DNA of 64,000 nucleotides from Eledone cirrhosa (GCA_964016885.1 OZ024761.1:18538001-18602000), one strand, 5' to 3'. Positions 1 to 12,292 are shown, counted from the first letter of the stretch. Numbers and translations: made by a program. The notes: generated from the letters alone by a model not told the origin.

Positions 1-75
1 GGAATGCCAGGGTCGTGTGCAATTTATGGGAGAGAGAGGGAGGAAGAAAAGGAGAGACCTAAGTTATTTAGCAGG

Positions 76-115
<40 letters not shown>

Positions 116-431
116 ATACATACACACACACACCAATATGTCGTATGTTTGAGGGTCAGGGTGGAGTGATCTCTCTCTACCGTAATCACTTTCCCCTTTC
201 TGTGTGTCTCTCTCATACACACATACACACTCACACATATAGATATATACATACATACTCCTTTCTATCTCCGTATTTCTCCCTCATTCGTACGTTAAGG
301 GATCAATCAGGTGATTCATGTTTCTGCGTGTGTGTGTGCATATATATATATATATAACGAAGGAAATGTGGTAAGGAACCAGGTGGACCATAACGCACCA
401 AAGTACTCAATACTTAGGGTAGTACTCATTC

Positions 432-494
<63 letters not shown>

Positions 495-819
495 TGTGCG
501 TATATATAAATTATACTATCCTTAGGTTTCTTGAATTTTGAATTACACACACACACACACACACAATAAGGAGGACTAAAGAATCAATATAGCATCATTA
601 TGTTTATTCACACACGGCGCACGTTTCGCGATCGATCAGCTCAAGGCACGATCGTTATTGATCGTGCCCGACTTCATGTATGTGTGTGGAGTGTCTGCGG
701 TGCTAAGGCCGGTGGAAAGACCGTATTCGACCGCCAGCCCCTATGGTGTCTGCTCGTGACTTCACACACACACGAGCGTCTTCAGGAATCTTACTGGAGA
801 CGCTCGTCTGTGTGAAGTT

Positions 820-1095
820 TTTACGAGCAGAAACCTTCTTCGCCCACTTATTGCTGAGAGGGTCGTGTGGAGGGCAGATTCCTCCAGCACTCCGTCCAGC
901 GTGTCCTACCAGAACCAACCGTCTCTAACTGACCCGGCTGGATCCCCAAGCGTGACCAGCCAATCTCATGGATGTTTTCCAGCCATCTTGCTCGGGGTCT
1001 ACCAGTCTCCCGCTGTCTGTTGGTTTTGCCCGTAAAATCCGTCCAGCGATTCTTTCTGTCCTGAGACATTCTCACCACATGCCCAGAAACCGACT
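820..1095 (-). mobile_element. RTE-type LINE 3' fragment
   Basis: GRPRARWLENI RTE C-terminal motif; related pieces at ~50510-51200 (+) and ~62500-62690 (-). Confidence 0.7.
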
Positions 1096-1148
1096 CGTTA
1101 TAATAGATATAGATATATATATATAAGAAAATTATTTAACAGAGTACT

Positions 1149-1340
1149 TTAAGGGCGGTGAATTGGCAGTATCGGTAGAGGGTTGGATGCCATGCTTTGA
1201 TGCATAGAGTTACGGCCCTTGCCATTCTGAGTTCAAATCCCGCCGAGGTTAACTTTGCCTTTCATCCTTACGGGGTCGATAAAATAAAGTACCAGTAATG
1301 CACTGGGTAATTGCTGGCCTTGTGCCAAAAGTAGAAACAA
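1149..1340 (+). mobile_element. tRNA-derived SINE family A, full length with TSD
   Basis: A-box-like tggcagtatcgg and B-box gagttcaaatcc; body gcctttcatccttacggggtcgataaaataaagtacc; TSD aattatttaacagagtact at 1130-1148 and 1339-1357. Roughly 25 further copies occur, e.g. 1858-2040, 9045-9212, 15280-15475, 17408-17552, 24440-24628, 26975-27170, 42270-42452(-), 59345-59495(-). Confidence 0.9.
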
Positions 1341-1697
1341 TTATTTAACAGAGTACTCGATACTTGGGGTAGTAGAGTATGGTTATAGTTTATACTATAA
1401 AGAGACAGGACCCGACGACTGAGCTCTTGCCGTTTCAACGGCTAATTCCAGACCAGTCGTTGAAACAAGAGGTCAGCCGTTGGGTCCTGACCCTTTACCT
1501 GAAGTGTCGTATACTCTGTTGAGTAACGGTCTAACTAGTTTCAAACTGAATCCATCCTGAGATATATATATGTGTGTGTGTGTAGATTGCAAAATTGGCA
1601 ACAGGTAAAAAAAAAACTGCTGATCCATTGGGGGGGGGGGGGTCATAGTGTGCGTATACATACATATAATATATATTTATACATACACATTTATGTA

Positions 1698-1729
<32 letters not shown>

Positions 1730-2050
1730 GTCAATATTTATAAAACTGCTCTATATTATTTTTTATCTGATGAAAGCACACCATAATTTAACTTGGTGTC
1801 CTTGAAATATGTATAATGAAATAAATATGGTTTTATAAATATAGTTTCCATTTGTTAATGGATTGGCAGTATCGGTAGAGGGTCAGACACCATGCTTTCC
1901 AGCATAGTTAACGTCCCTTTACGATCTGAGTTCAAATCCCGCCGAGGTTGACTTTGCCTTTCATCCTTACGGGGTCGATAAAATAAAGTACCAGTAATGC
2001 ACTGGGTAATTGCTGGCCTTGTGCCTAAAGTAGAAACAGTTAATATATCG

Positions 2051-2086
<36 letters not shown>

Positions 2087-2267
2087 GGTGTATTTGTCAC
2101 TTGTTGCTTTCTCTATCTGTCACATATTTAAACAGGCACACACATACAAACCAGCTTACAAGGATTTTCCAATCATTTCCCTCTTTCTCCATCTCTCTCC
2201 CTCTCTCTCTCTATCGCGTTCTTTCGATATTTTCTCTCATCTCAAATATGTTCCTCTTTCGCGCATG

Positions 2268-2312
<45 letters not shown>

Positions 2313-2587
2313 GACGGAGAGAGAATGTCATTTCTCTGTCCTGTATGTCACTATTCACTCACCCACTCACTCTCTGTATACTCTCCTCCTCCCTCTCTTT
2401 TATTTCCCCTCTTTCATTTTTCACTTCCTTTCTCCCTCTCATCTATTTTTAAACTTCGTCTCATCCCACACCGTTTCATTCTCCCACGCCTTTTAGTATT
2501 ACTCTATCCTTCTCTCTCATGCTTCTCACTCTGTCCTCTCTTACTCCCCCATCTATAGTTTCACTCTGTCTCCTGTCTCTCTCTAAC

Positions 2588-2990
2588 ACCCCCTCTCTTT
2601 CCAACATCCCCCTCTCTCTTCTCTTTCCAACATCCCCTCTCTCTTCTCTTTCCAACATCCCCCTCTCTCTTCTCTTTCCAACATCCCCCTCTCTCTTCTC
2701 TTTCCAACATCCTTCTCTCTCTTCTCTTTCTAACATCCTTCTCTCTCTTCTCTTTCCAACATCCCCCTCTCTCTTCTCTTTCCAACATCCCCCTCTCTCT
2801 TCTCTTTCCAACATCCCCTCTCTCTTCTCTTTCCAACATCCCCCTCTCTCTTCTCTTTCCAACATCCCCCTCTCTCTTCTCTTTCCAACATCCTTCTCTC
2901 TCTTCTCTTTCTAACATCCTTCTCTCTCTTCTCTTTCCAACATCCCCCTCTCTCTCTCCTACTCTCTTTCCAACATCCCTCTCTCTCCTC
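2588..2990. repeat. ~26-bp pyrimidine-rich minisatellite
   Basis: Tandem ttccaacatccccctctctcttctct, ~15 copies. Confidence 0.9.
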
Positions 2991-3147
2991 CTCTTCCTTT
3001 CTCTGTCATGTCTTCACCATTTTCGTATTGGTCTTCCGTCGTGTGACAACACAAACTCTAGTCTTTCCTTCCGTCTCTAAAGCTGAGACCACTGCCAACT
3101 TTTCGATACTTTCATACATTTACACAAAAACTAACCAAACCAAAACA

Positions 3148-3173
3148 ATGGTGTACAACAAATCTTGTGTGCT
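3148..3173 (+). CDS. LIMK1: Candidate alternative first coding exon of LIM kinase (MVYNKSCV-L)
   Basis: caaaacaATGG start context, 8 codons plus CT, then a consensus GTGAGT donor at 3174. Phase 2 matches the acceptor at 8428 (CT|G = Leu, then CSRCQ). No homology support. Confidence 0.55.
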
Positions 3174-3710
3174 GTGAGTATTTTCAATGGTATCTTCTCC
3201 GTCTCCTTTTTGTTTTTAAATTTCATTTTATTATATTTTATTATATTATATTATAAATTGAATAACTTATTTAATAATTTATTTATCAACTTCTTAAGTG
3301 ACATCGGTCCACCATTTGTTTTGATGAAATACCGTTATAGATAGATAGATGGACAGACAAACAGATTGGCAGACAAAGACATTTTAAGATGTGGTTTTTG
3401 GGGGGGAGAGGGGGTCATCTCTTGGTGTTGTAACCCCCAGCTCAGTCCCTGGGCTTAACAAGATCTACGTTTAACCCCCTACGTTTAACCAATGATAGGA
3501 AATGATTGTAAGGTCCCATGTAAAGATGAGGGAGGATCGATAGTCGAAAAAGTTTTTGATAGTCCCTGCTTTACGAGGGTCTACTGAAAATCAGTCCCTG
3601 GTCATAACAGACCTACGTTGAACCAATTGTGGGAAATAATTGTAAGATTCCATGTAAGGAGGGGGGGGGGGTCGATAGTCTAAAAGGTTTTTGATGGTCC
3701 CTTCTTTATT

Positions 3711-3908
3711 TACGAGGGTCTACTGAAAAGTTCATAGGCTGATCAAGATACTCTCATGGAATGACCAAATGAGGTTTATTTTTCAACATAGTACCTGGAG
3801 CTAAAACAATGCAGTTATTAATAAGAGTTGAAATTAATGCGTGTGCAAGATTTCACAGCTCTAGCATCACTCCTTCATAGTCAGCCCATGAACTGTTGCA
3901 GCTGACCG
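3711..3908. mobile_element. Mariner/Tc1-type MITE
   Basis: Starts tacgagggtc..gaaaagttcataggctga and ends in the inverted tcagcccatgaactgtt; second copy at ~48817-48995. Confidence 0.7.
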
Positions 3909-4206
3909 TTGTTGATGTTTAATCCACCGTGTCAGGCTCTGGTCAAGCAGATTCAATGATTTAAACCGTTTCGGATCATAGTGACCATCCTGTCATTTTA
4001 AAAAAATATATACCACCATTTTATCCTATATGTCCTCCTTCTCCCTTTTTTTTTTAAAACAACAGGGCATGGGTTTATTTTTAGGGGTTTGAGGGTGTAA
4101 CTTGACTGCTATTTCTAGCATGTCAAACGTCAACTTAGAAAATCCTTCCTTCTCTTCTGTTGTCATAGTGTGCTGGATCGTGTACACACACACGCACACG
4201 TATATA

Positions 4207-4303
4207 TAAGGTGTACCCCAAAAATATATGCACAAAAGCTGTGCATTCTAATATACATTGCCTCTACAGGTAATCAAAATGTGGAAACACTTTTTGGGAC
4301 ACC

Positions 4304-4310
<7 letters not shown>
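4207..4310. mobile_element. Short Tc1-like MITE
   Basis: Imperfect TIRs (aggtgtaccccaaaaa / tttttgggacaccctgta); inverted copy at ~54080-54193. Confidence 0.6.
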
Positions 4311-4373
<63 letters not shown>

Positions 4374-4493
4374 CCACACACAATGACAAGTACACGATTA
4401 TGTGTGTGTTTATGCCTTGTTTCTATGTTAAACAACTCTAATTAATATTTCCGTCTCCTGGCAAAAGCAAGGATTGTTGCGTGTGTGTGAGTG

Positions 4494-4524
<31 letters not shown>

Positions 4525-4703
4525 ATGTGTGTTTGTGTGTGTATTTCACACCTCTTAAGACATACAACATCCGGTCATAACTGATTGTCTCTTGAGCTAT
4601 GTGGAGAATGTGTGTATGTATGTATATATATATATGCTGCTTGAATGCGTATCTAAGTGTGGTATTGTATATTATTTATATAATGTGGATGTGTTTGTTT
4701 GTG

Positions 4704-4753
<50 letters not shown>

Positions 4754-4766
4754 TATAAATACCCAA

Positions 4767-4805
<39 letters not shown>

Positions 4806-4976
4806 AGTAGAAGTTGTATTTAATTTGTTGGAAGTCCGACAAACATAAATGTTTATAACTGATTTAGAGCACCCAACAAGTTACTGGAGTAAATAGTCAA
4901 TGATATTAAATAAATGGAAACTATATTTATATTTATAAATATGGTTTTATAAATATAGTTTCCATTTATTTAATAT

Positions 4977-5031
<55 letters not shown>

Positions 5032-5286
5032 CAGAGAGATAGAGAGATAACAGCCCCATTTTCCGAACAATATTTATAATATACCACATATTTTGATGTA
5101 AGCTTTTGAGGGTAGGCCCTGTAGATAAGGCACGAGTATATATTGTCTTTAGTATTTTAGTTAGTTTGTTTTTTCACGTAATATTTTCATGGAAATAGGT
5201 GCGACTTACACGCGAATCTGTTGAGTGCATAATGGTGACTCTTTATGAAAGAGGAGGCGAAAGAAAGTGGTGTTGTTGGCCTAAGA

Positions 5287-5724
5287 CAGTGGTTCACAAC
5301 CTTTTGTGTATCATGCCCCATCTCAACATCTAAAAAAATGATTATACCCCACCACCACCATCATCTTTGATACTAAAACAGCTATGATCAACTGCAAACT
5401 GTAAACAAATTGGTGTATAGGTGGTGCCAGATGTACAATAACATATGTGGAGGAGGTGAGACAGGAGGTTCTGACATATAGGTGGTGCCAGATGTACAAT
5501 AACATATGTGGAGGAGGTGAGACAGGAGGTTCTGACAGTAATGTGTACATATAGGTGGTGCCAGATGTACAATGATATGTGAAGAGGTGAGACAGGAGTT
5601 TCTGGCAGTAATGTTTACCAAAGTTACCTTAGTGTAAATAAAACCTTAAATTTGTTCTCATTAACATCATTTTCAAATGGCCTCCTCTAAATATTCAAAT
5701 CGCGCCCCGCGTTAGGAATCACTG
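5287..5724. mobile_element. hAT-type MITE with an internal tandem repeat
   Basis: Ends cagtggttcacaac / gttaggaatcactg; 8-bp TSD gcctaaga / acctaaga; internal repeated aggtggtgccagatgtacaat..gagacaggag unit (3x). Confidence 0.75.
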
Positions 5725-6096
5725 ACCTAAGAAGATGGCAACCACAAATTAAGGAAAAAATAATGTATTGTTTTATGTGGGAGGGGGGTAGTGATGTATC
5801 ATCAATGGATTTTTGATGAATGAAATATTATAAAATAACAAACAATTCTTTGTAAATAACAATAGAAGTGTGTACTTTGTCCACCTTCCCTTCTAACTTC
5901 ACATTTTCTTCGTCTTCTTCCTCCTCGTCATCTTCATCCTCTTTGTTTTCTACATAAAAGGAATATTTCTTTCGGATCTATTTTTATTTGCTACTATAAA
6001 AAGAATTAGAGAGATAGGAAGGAAGAGAGAGACAATGCAACAAGTACTTCTTCTTTCTTAAGTTAAAAGTTGTCAAAACAAAGAACAAGTGTTGCT

Positions 6097-6129
<33 letters not shown>

Positions 6130-6880
6130 CACTACTACTACTCCTGTATATCCCATCATCACATTCTGAGATGGTGGAGGGGGAGATATTGTGTCTTATC
6201 CAGAGATGGGGAGGGGAGGGGAAGCATATTGGCCCCTGGCGTTTGGGTCGGTCCTGAGTAGAGTGCGAGAAAGAGAGGGGGTGGGGGATATTGTGCCCCT
6301 TCCATACATCATATCATGACGTGGGTATGGTAGAAGAGGAAGGAAGGAATGCTGTGCTCCTTCTTTCAATACATCACATCCTTATGTTGGGGTGACAAGG
6401 GTGAAGTGAATGAGGGAGGGAGGGAGTGAGAGAGATGGAGATATGGTGTTCCTTCTTCCATACATCACATCCTGACGTGGTAGAGAGAGATAAAGGGAGG
6501 AAACACGGTGCTCTTTCAACCATACATCACATCTTGGAGTAAGGAGGGGCGAGATATGGTGTGCTCCTCCTCCTATACATTGTCCTCATCTTCCCACCAC
6601 CCCTGACAATTACTATTATTATTATTATATTTATATTCTGAATTCAAATCCCGCCGAGGTTGACTTTGCCTTTCATCCTTACGGGGGTCGATAAAATAAA
6701 GTACCAGTAATGTACTGGGGTTGATTTAATCGATGTTCCCCTCACCCCAAATTACTGGCCTTGTACCTATGTTAGAAATCATTATTAGAGATGGTGGATT
6801 GGCAGTATCGGTAGAGCGTCAGATACCATGCTTTGCAGCATAGAGTTATGGCCCTTTATGTTCTGAGTTCAAATCCCGCT

Positions 6881-7458
6881 ATGTGGCCTGACCACTCCAC
6901 ACAGTCCAGCTCTGTGGCCTGTCCACCCCACACAGTCCAGTTCTGTGGCCTGTCCACCCCACACAGTCCAGCTCTGTGGCCTGTCCACCCCACACAGTCC
7001 AGCTCTGTGGCCTGTCCACCCCACACAGTCCAGCTCTGTGGCCTGTCCACCCCACAATCCAGCTCTGTGGCCTGTCCACCCCACAATCCAGCTCTGTAGC
7101 CCACACAGCCCAGCTCAGTAGCCCGTCCATCCCACACAGTCCAGCTTTATGGCCTGTCCATCCCACACAGTCCAGCTTTATGGCCTGTCCATCCCACACA
7201 GTCCAGCTTTATGGCCTGTCCATCCCACACAGTCCAGCTTTATGGCCTGTCCATCCCACACAGTCCAGCTTTATGGCCTGTCCATCCCACACAGTTCAGC
7301 TTTATGGCCTGTCATTCCACACAGTCCAGCTTTATGGCCTGTCCATCCCACACAGTCCAGCTTTATGGCCTGTCCATCCCACACAGTCCAGCTTTATGGC
7401 CTGTCCATCCCACACAGTCCAGCTTTATGGCCTGTCCATCCCACACAGTCTAGCTTTA
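6881..7458. repeat. 31-bp minisatellite attached to a truncated SINE-A head
   Basis: Unit tggcctgtcca(c/t)cccacacagtccagct(ctg/tta), ~18 copies. Confidence 0.92.
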
Positions 7459-7694
7459 TTTTTATAGGTTTTGCCATCTGAAGAGCTCAGGCTATCATAA
7501 CTTATATTCCTCAGTGAAATATGTATAACAGAGTTTTAAATAAACCTGAATCAACTGATTATGGTCTCAGATCTTTTACTGATATATAATGCTCTGGCTT
7601 GCATCATTTATACAGGTCGTTCAGCACTTCCTTTTATCTGCTTCACAACCAACAGACTTGAATGTGATCCACACATCCCTGTTCGGATAACTAT

Positions 7695-8178
7695 ATCATC
7701 ATCATCATCATTTTACGTCCGCTTTTCCCTGCTTGCAAGGGTTGGACGGGTCCTATTCAGTACATCATCTCTCCACCCGTCACGGTCCTTCGTCCTCTCC
7801 TCCGTGAGTTTCAGCGATCTGAGGTCTGCTCTCACCACCTCTGCCCATGTTTTACGTGGTCTACCTCTACTGCATCTTCTTCTACTGCGTCTTCCTTCTA
7901 ATGGGACTTCCTGGCACTTCTTCACCCATCGGTCATCCTCCATGCACATCACATGTCCATACCATCTCAGCCTTCTCTCCTGCACACAACAACAACTTAT
8001 GCCTCTTAAACCCAGTTTCTTTCTCAACTCGTCTATGCTTGGTCGTTCACGCACATTGACATTGCACATCCAACGGAGCATACTTGCTTCATTTCTCTCC
8101 AGCCATCGCATATCTTCTGCAGTTGCTGCCCATGTCTCACTACCATGCAGCATTGCGCATCTCACACAGGCATCATAT
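7695..8178 (-). mobile_element. RTE LINE 3' end (RT C-terminus and tail)
   Basis: MLHGSETW...ERRLRWYGHVMCM...GRPRKTW; tail cccttgcaagcagggaaaagcggacgtaaaa(tga)n; homologous copies at 49285-49472(+), 55930-56395(+), 27780-27950(-). Confidence 0.9.
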
Positions 8179-8427
8179 AAGGTTGGTGTTAGGAAGGGCA
8201 TCCAGCTGTAAAAATACCAGCTAAAATACAGTTCCATTTGAACAAGGTGTGGCGCAGCCAGCTGGCCGGACTTGTGTCATAATGTGGACAACCTCTCTAA
8301 CCCATGCAAGCATGGAAAAACAAACGTTAAATGATGATAATGATGATGATGAATGGGTGTGTCTCTGTGTGTTATGTTTACTCTTAATTCTTATCTAATG
8401 ACATGTCTTGTCCTATCTCTCCCACAG

Positions 8428-8563
8428 GTGTTCTAGATGCCAACGCAGGCTAACCAACTGGTACTTTGAAAAGGGTGGACAGTTATTCTGTCGCCAGGAT
8501 TACTGGACAATATATGGTGATGCTTGTCATGGTTGTTCAGAATTAATTGCCGGACCTGTCATG
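8428..8563 (+). CDS. LIMK1: LIM kinase exon: second half of LIM1 and start of LIM2
   Basis: cccacag acceptor, gtaggt donor; CSRCQRRLTNWYFEKGGQLFCRQDYWTIYGDACHGCSELIAGPVM matches the LIMK LIM zinc-finger pattern. Confidence 0.95.
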
Positions 8564-8761
8564 GTAGGTAACATCGTCTATTTCTACCTTGCATTGTACC
8601 CAGCTTTACTGAAATAATCACAATAACTATTATGTTTTGATGTCTCTGTCTGTCTGTGGAGACACACCCTTTCTCTCTCTCTCATTGTCTCATTTTATCA
8701 TGTGTGTTTTTCTGTGTCTCTCTCTCTCTCCTCCACTCACTGTTACTTTAACATGTGTGTA

Positions 8762-8794
<33 letters not shown>

Positions 8795-8805
<11 letters not shown>

Positions 8806-8933
8806 CAGATTAAAGTTTAAACAAAGAATCACTGCTTTCACCCTTTTATGGGATCTTTTGAGAGCTTCAGAAGATCCCGTAAAAGGATGAAAGTTGCAAT
8901 TCTTTGCTTAAACTTTAATCTGTACATATAATA
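8795..8933. repeat. ~140-nt imperfect palindrome (hairpin)
   Basis: atgtacagattaaagtttaa...cccttttatgggatctt pairs with aagatcccgtaaaagg...ttaaactttaatctgtacat. Confidence 0.9.
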
Positions 8934-9209
8934 AATATTTGCTCTATGGGTTATATATATATATATATATATATATAAATATATAATCCTTATCGAGCCC
9001 TCTTTGGATTTTAGTCTTCACATTTATTATTATTATATATTAGAGGGTTGGACAACATGCTTTGTAGCACAGAGTTACGCCCCTTTCTGATCCGAGTACA
9101 AATCCTGCCGAGGTTAACTTTGCCTGACATCCTTACGGGGGCGATAAAATAAAGTACCAGTAATGTAATGTACTGGGTAATTGCTGGCCTTGTGCCAAAA
9201 AGTAAAAAC

Positions 9210-9287
<78 letters not shown>

Positions 9288-9704
9288 ATCTCTCTGGTAT
9301 TGTACTGTGTCTATCTCACACTCCTCTCTATTTTATTCAACTATATATATATATATATTTATTTATTTAACTCACTCACCCTCTTTCTGTTATTCTACCA
9401 TGTCTCTCTCTCTCCCCCTCACTGTTAATCCATGCTGTATCCTGTATGTATATATATATCATATTTAAAATGCTAGAGAGAACAAGAAAGACTTATGAAT
9501 ACATACATGTATATATTTAATGGCTAACAAGTTGTGTCAAATATTTCACAGTAAAAGTGGACATTGATGTTATAATATTGAATATCAATCAATATTAGTC
9601 CATTAAAAAAAAAATAAATAAGTGTGTCAATATCCTCTTCAGAGCCTACTCTCTCTCTCATTCTCACTCTCACTCACCCTCTCTCTGTTATTCTACCCCT
9701 TCAG

Positions 9705-9814
9705 GTGGCCGGAGAGCACCGCTACCACCCAGAATGTTTTCTTTGCTGTCACTGTTCTACCTACATAGGAGATGGAGAAGGGTACGCCTTAGTGGAACGG
9801 ACAAAACTCTACTG
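9705..9814 (+). CDS. LIMK1: LIM kinase exon: LIM2
   Basis: ttcag / gtaact; [36 protein letters not shown](C). Confidence 0.95.
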
Positions 9815-10800
9815 GTAACTATAACTCTCTATATATATATAACTCTCTACCTCTCTCCTGGTAACCATAACTCTCTCTATATATATAACTCTCTAGCTCT
9901 CTCCTGGTAACTATAACTCTCTATATATATAACTCTCTAGCTCTCTACTGGTAACTATAACTCTCTATATATATAACTCTCTAGCTCTCTACTGGTAACT
10001 ATAACTCTCTATATATATAACTCTCTAGTTCTCTCCTGGTAACTATAACTCTCTATATATATATAACTCTCTAGTTCTCTCCTGGTAACTATAACTCTCT
10101 ATATATATATAACTCTCTAGCTCTCTCCTGGTAACTATAACTCTCTATATATATAACTCTCTAGCTCTCTCCTGGTAACTATAACTCTCTATATATATAA
10201 CTCTCTAGCTCTCTCCTGGTAACTATAACTCTCTATATATATAACTCTCTACCTCTCTCCTGGTAACTATAACTCTCTATATATATAACTCTCTAGCTCT
10301 CTACTGGTAACTATAACTCTCTATATATATAACTCTCTAGTTCTCTCCTGGTAACTATAACTCTCTATATATATATAACTCTCTAGCTCTCTCCTGGTAA
10401 CTATAACTCTCTAGCTCTCTCCTGGTAACTATAACTCTCTAGCTCTCTCCTGGTAACTATAACTCTCTATATATATAACTCTCTAGCTCTCTACTGGTAA
10501 CTATAACTCTATATATATAACTCTCTAGCTCTCTCCTGGTAACTATAACTCTCTAGCTCTCTCCTGGTAACTATAACTCTCTCTATATATAACTCTCTAC
10601 CTCTCTACTGGTAACTATAACTCTCTATATATATAACTCTCTAGCTCTCTCCTGGTAACTATAACTCTCTATATATATATAACTCTCTAGCTCTCTCCTG
10701 GTAACTATAACTCTCTATATATATAACTCTCTAGCTCTCTCCTGGTAACTATAACTCTCTATATATAACTCTCTACCTCTCTCCTGGTAACTACAACTCT
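9807..10800. repeat. ~44-bp minisatellite built from the exon/intron junction of the LIM2 exon
   Basis: ~24 tandem units of ctct(a/c)ctgGTAACTataactctc(ta)n actctctAG; the first unit overlaps the true donor at 9815. Confidence 0.95.
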
Positions 10801-10871
10801 ATCTTACTTTATCTTCTCAACACTTTGTAAAACTCCAAGAGATCAGCTACATATACACAATATATATATAC

Positions 10872-11095
10872 AGTGAAGGCGTGTGGCTGAGTGGTTAGAG
10901 AACTGGATTCGCAATCATGAGGTTGTGAGTTCGATTCCTGGACCGGGCGATGCGTTATGTCCTTGAGCAAGACACTTTATTTCACATAGCTCCTTCTACC
11001 TGGAGTTGCGACCGATAGATAGTATTAGCAATTGGAAAGACCAATGGAAACACTGTTTCCTCGGTCCGATTTGACGAAAGTCGATCGTTAGGAAT
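10872..11095 (+). mobile_element. tRNA-derived SINE family C
   Basis: tggctgagtggttag A-box, gagttcgattcc B-box, ccttgagcaagacacttta CORE-like segment; inverted copy at ~18962-19188. Confidence 0.8.
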
Positions 11096-11100
11096 ATATA

Positions 11101-11272
11101 TACTGTATTTCCCAGTGCTGAAGACGCTTCGTCCTCCAGGACACACCCTAATTTTGACAACCAAAAATTGTTTTTTAAATTATAAAAAACGTTCGGCCTC
11201 CAGGGCGCATGGTAGATTTTTGAGACGTATTTTAGGAAAAAAGTAGCATCTATGATGCCGGGAAATACGGTA
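11101..11272. mobile_element. pogo/Tc-type MITE
   Basis: TA-flanked TIRs tactgtatttccc / gggaaatacggta. Confidence 0.7.
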
Positions 11273-11361
11273 TATGAAAAAATTCAGGACCCTGACGGCT
11301 GAGCTCTGGCCGTTTTGAGTTCTCTGGTGGGTTATGGTCCACTTGGTATTTTAGCTCACCC

Positions 11362-11397
<36 letters not shown>

Positions 11398-11697
11398 AGG
11401 TTATATTTAATTTGTTGGGATACAACAAGCTAAAATATTTTTATAACTGATATAAAGCACTCAACTAATTTGCATACTAAATCAACAATAAATCTAATAT
11501 TTCCACTATCCAGGAAGCTCCAACCGTTAAGGTTGCATTTTTTCAGGGTATGTCAATATTTATTTATAAAACTAATCTAATCTGTATTATATTTTATTTG
11601 ATGAAAACGCACCATAATCTGCCTTGGTGGCCTTTGAAATATGTATAATAAAATAAATATGGTTTTATAAATATAGTTTCCATTTGTTAATATATTG

Positions 11698-11741
<44 letters not shown>

Positions 11742-11900
11742 ATTATATATATATTATATATATATATATCATCATCATCATCGTTTAACGTCCATTTTCC
11801 ACGCTAGCATGGGTCTTATTATATATATATATTATATATATAAATATATGAAATTATATAAATATATATATATATATTTATATAATTTCATATGCCATAG

Positions 11901-12240
11901 AGGCACATGGCTTAGTGGTTAGAGCATTGGCCTTGCAATCGAAAGGTTGTGAGTTCAATTCTCAGACCGGGTAATGTGTTGTTTCCTTGAGCAAGACACT
12001 TTATTTCACATTGCTCCAGTTTACTCAGCTGTAGAAATGAGATGATAGGACTGGGGGTCCCTATCATTCCACTGCAAAGTGGTCGTGGAGGTGCCACGGC
12101 AAAAAAGCCCCAGCACTCACTGTAAATGAGGTTGGTGTTAGGAAGGGCATCCAGCTGTAGAAATCAAGCCAGAATCAGTTCCCGTCCCACCCTTGCAAGC
12201 AGGGAAAAAGCGGACGTCAAAATGAAATGATGATGATGAA
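11901..12240 (+). mobile_element. tRNA-derived SINE family B with an RTE-derived tail
   Basis: tRNA-like head, CORE-like segment, ttggtgttaggaagggcatccagctgtagaaa, then the RTE 3' tail; copies at ~15628-15955(-), 30570-30896(-), 49485-49820(+). Confidence 0.85.
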
Positions 12241-12292
12241 TGATGATTTATATAATTTCATACCATTTTTTACTATTTCTTCTCTTGTCCAG

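Noticed and set aside
1149-1250. tRNA genes suggested by A- and B-box motifs
   Set aside because: These are SINE heads followed by conserved bodies and TSDs; no complete cloverleaf was seen
2476-2917. Glu/Arg-rich repeat ORFs
   Set aside because: Translation of the ~26-bp pyrimidine minisatellite
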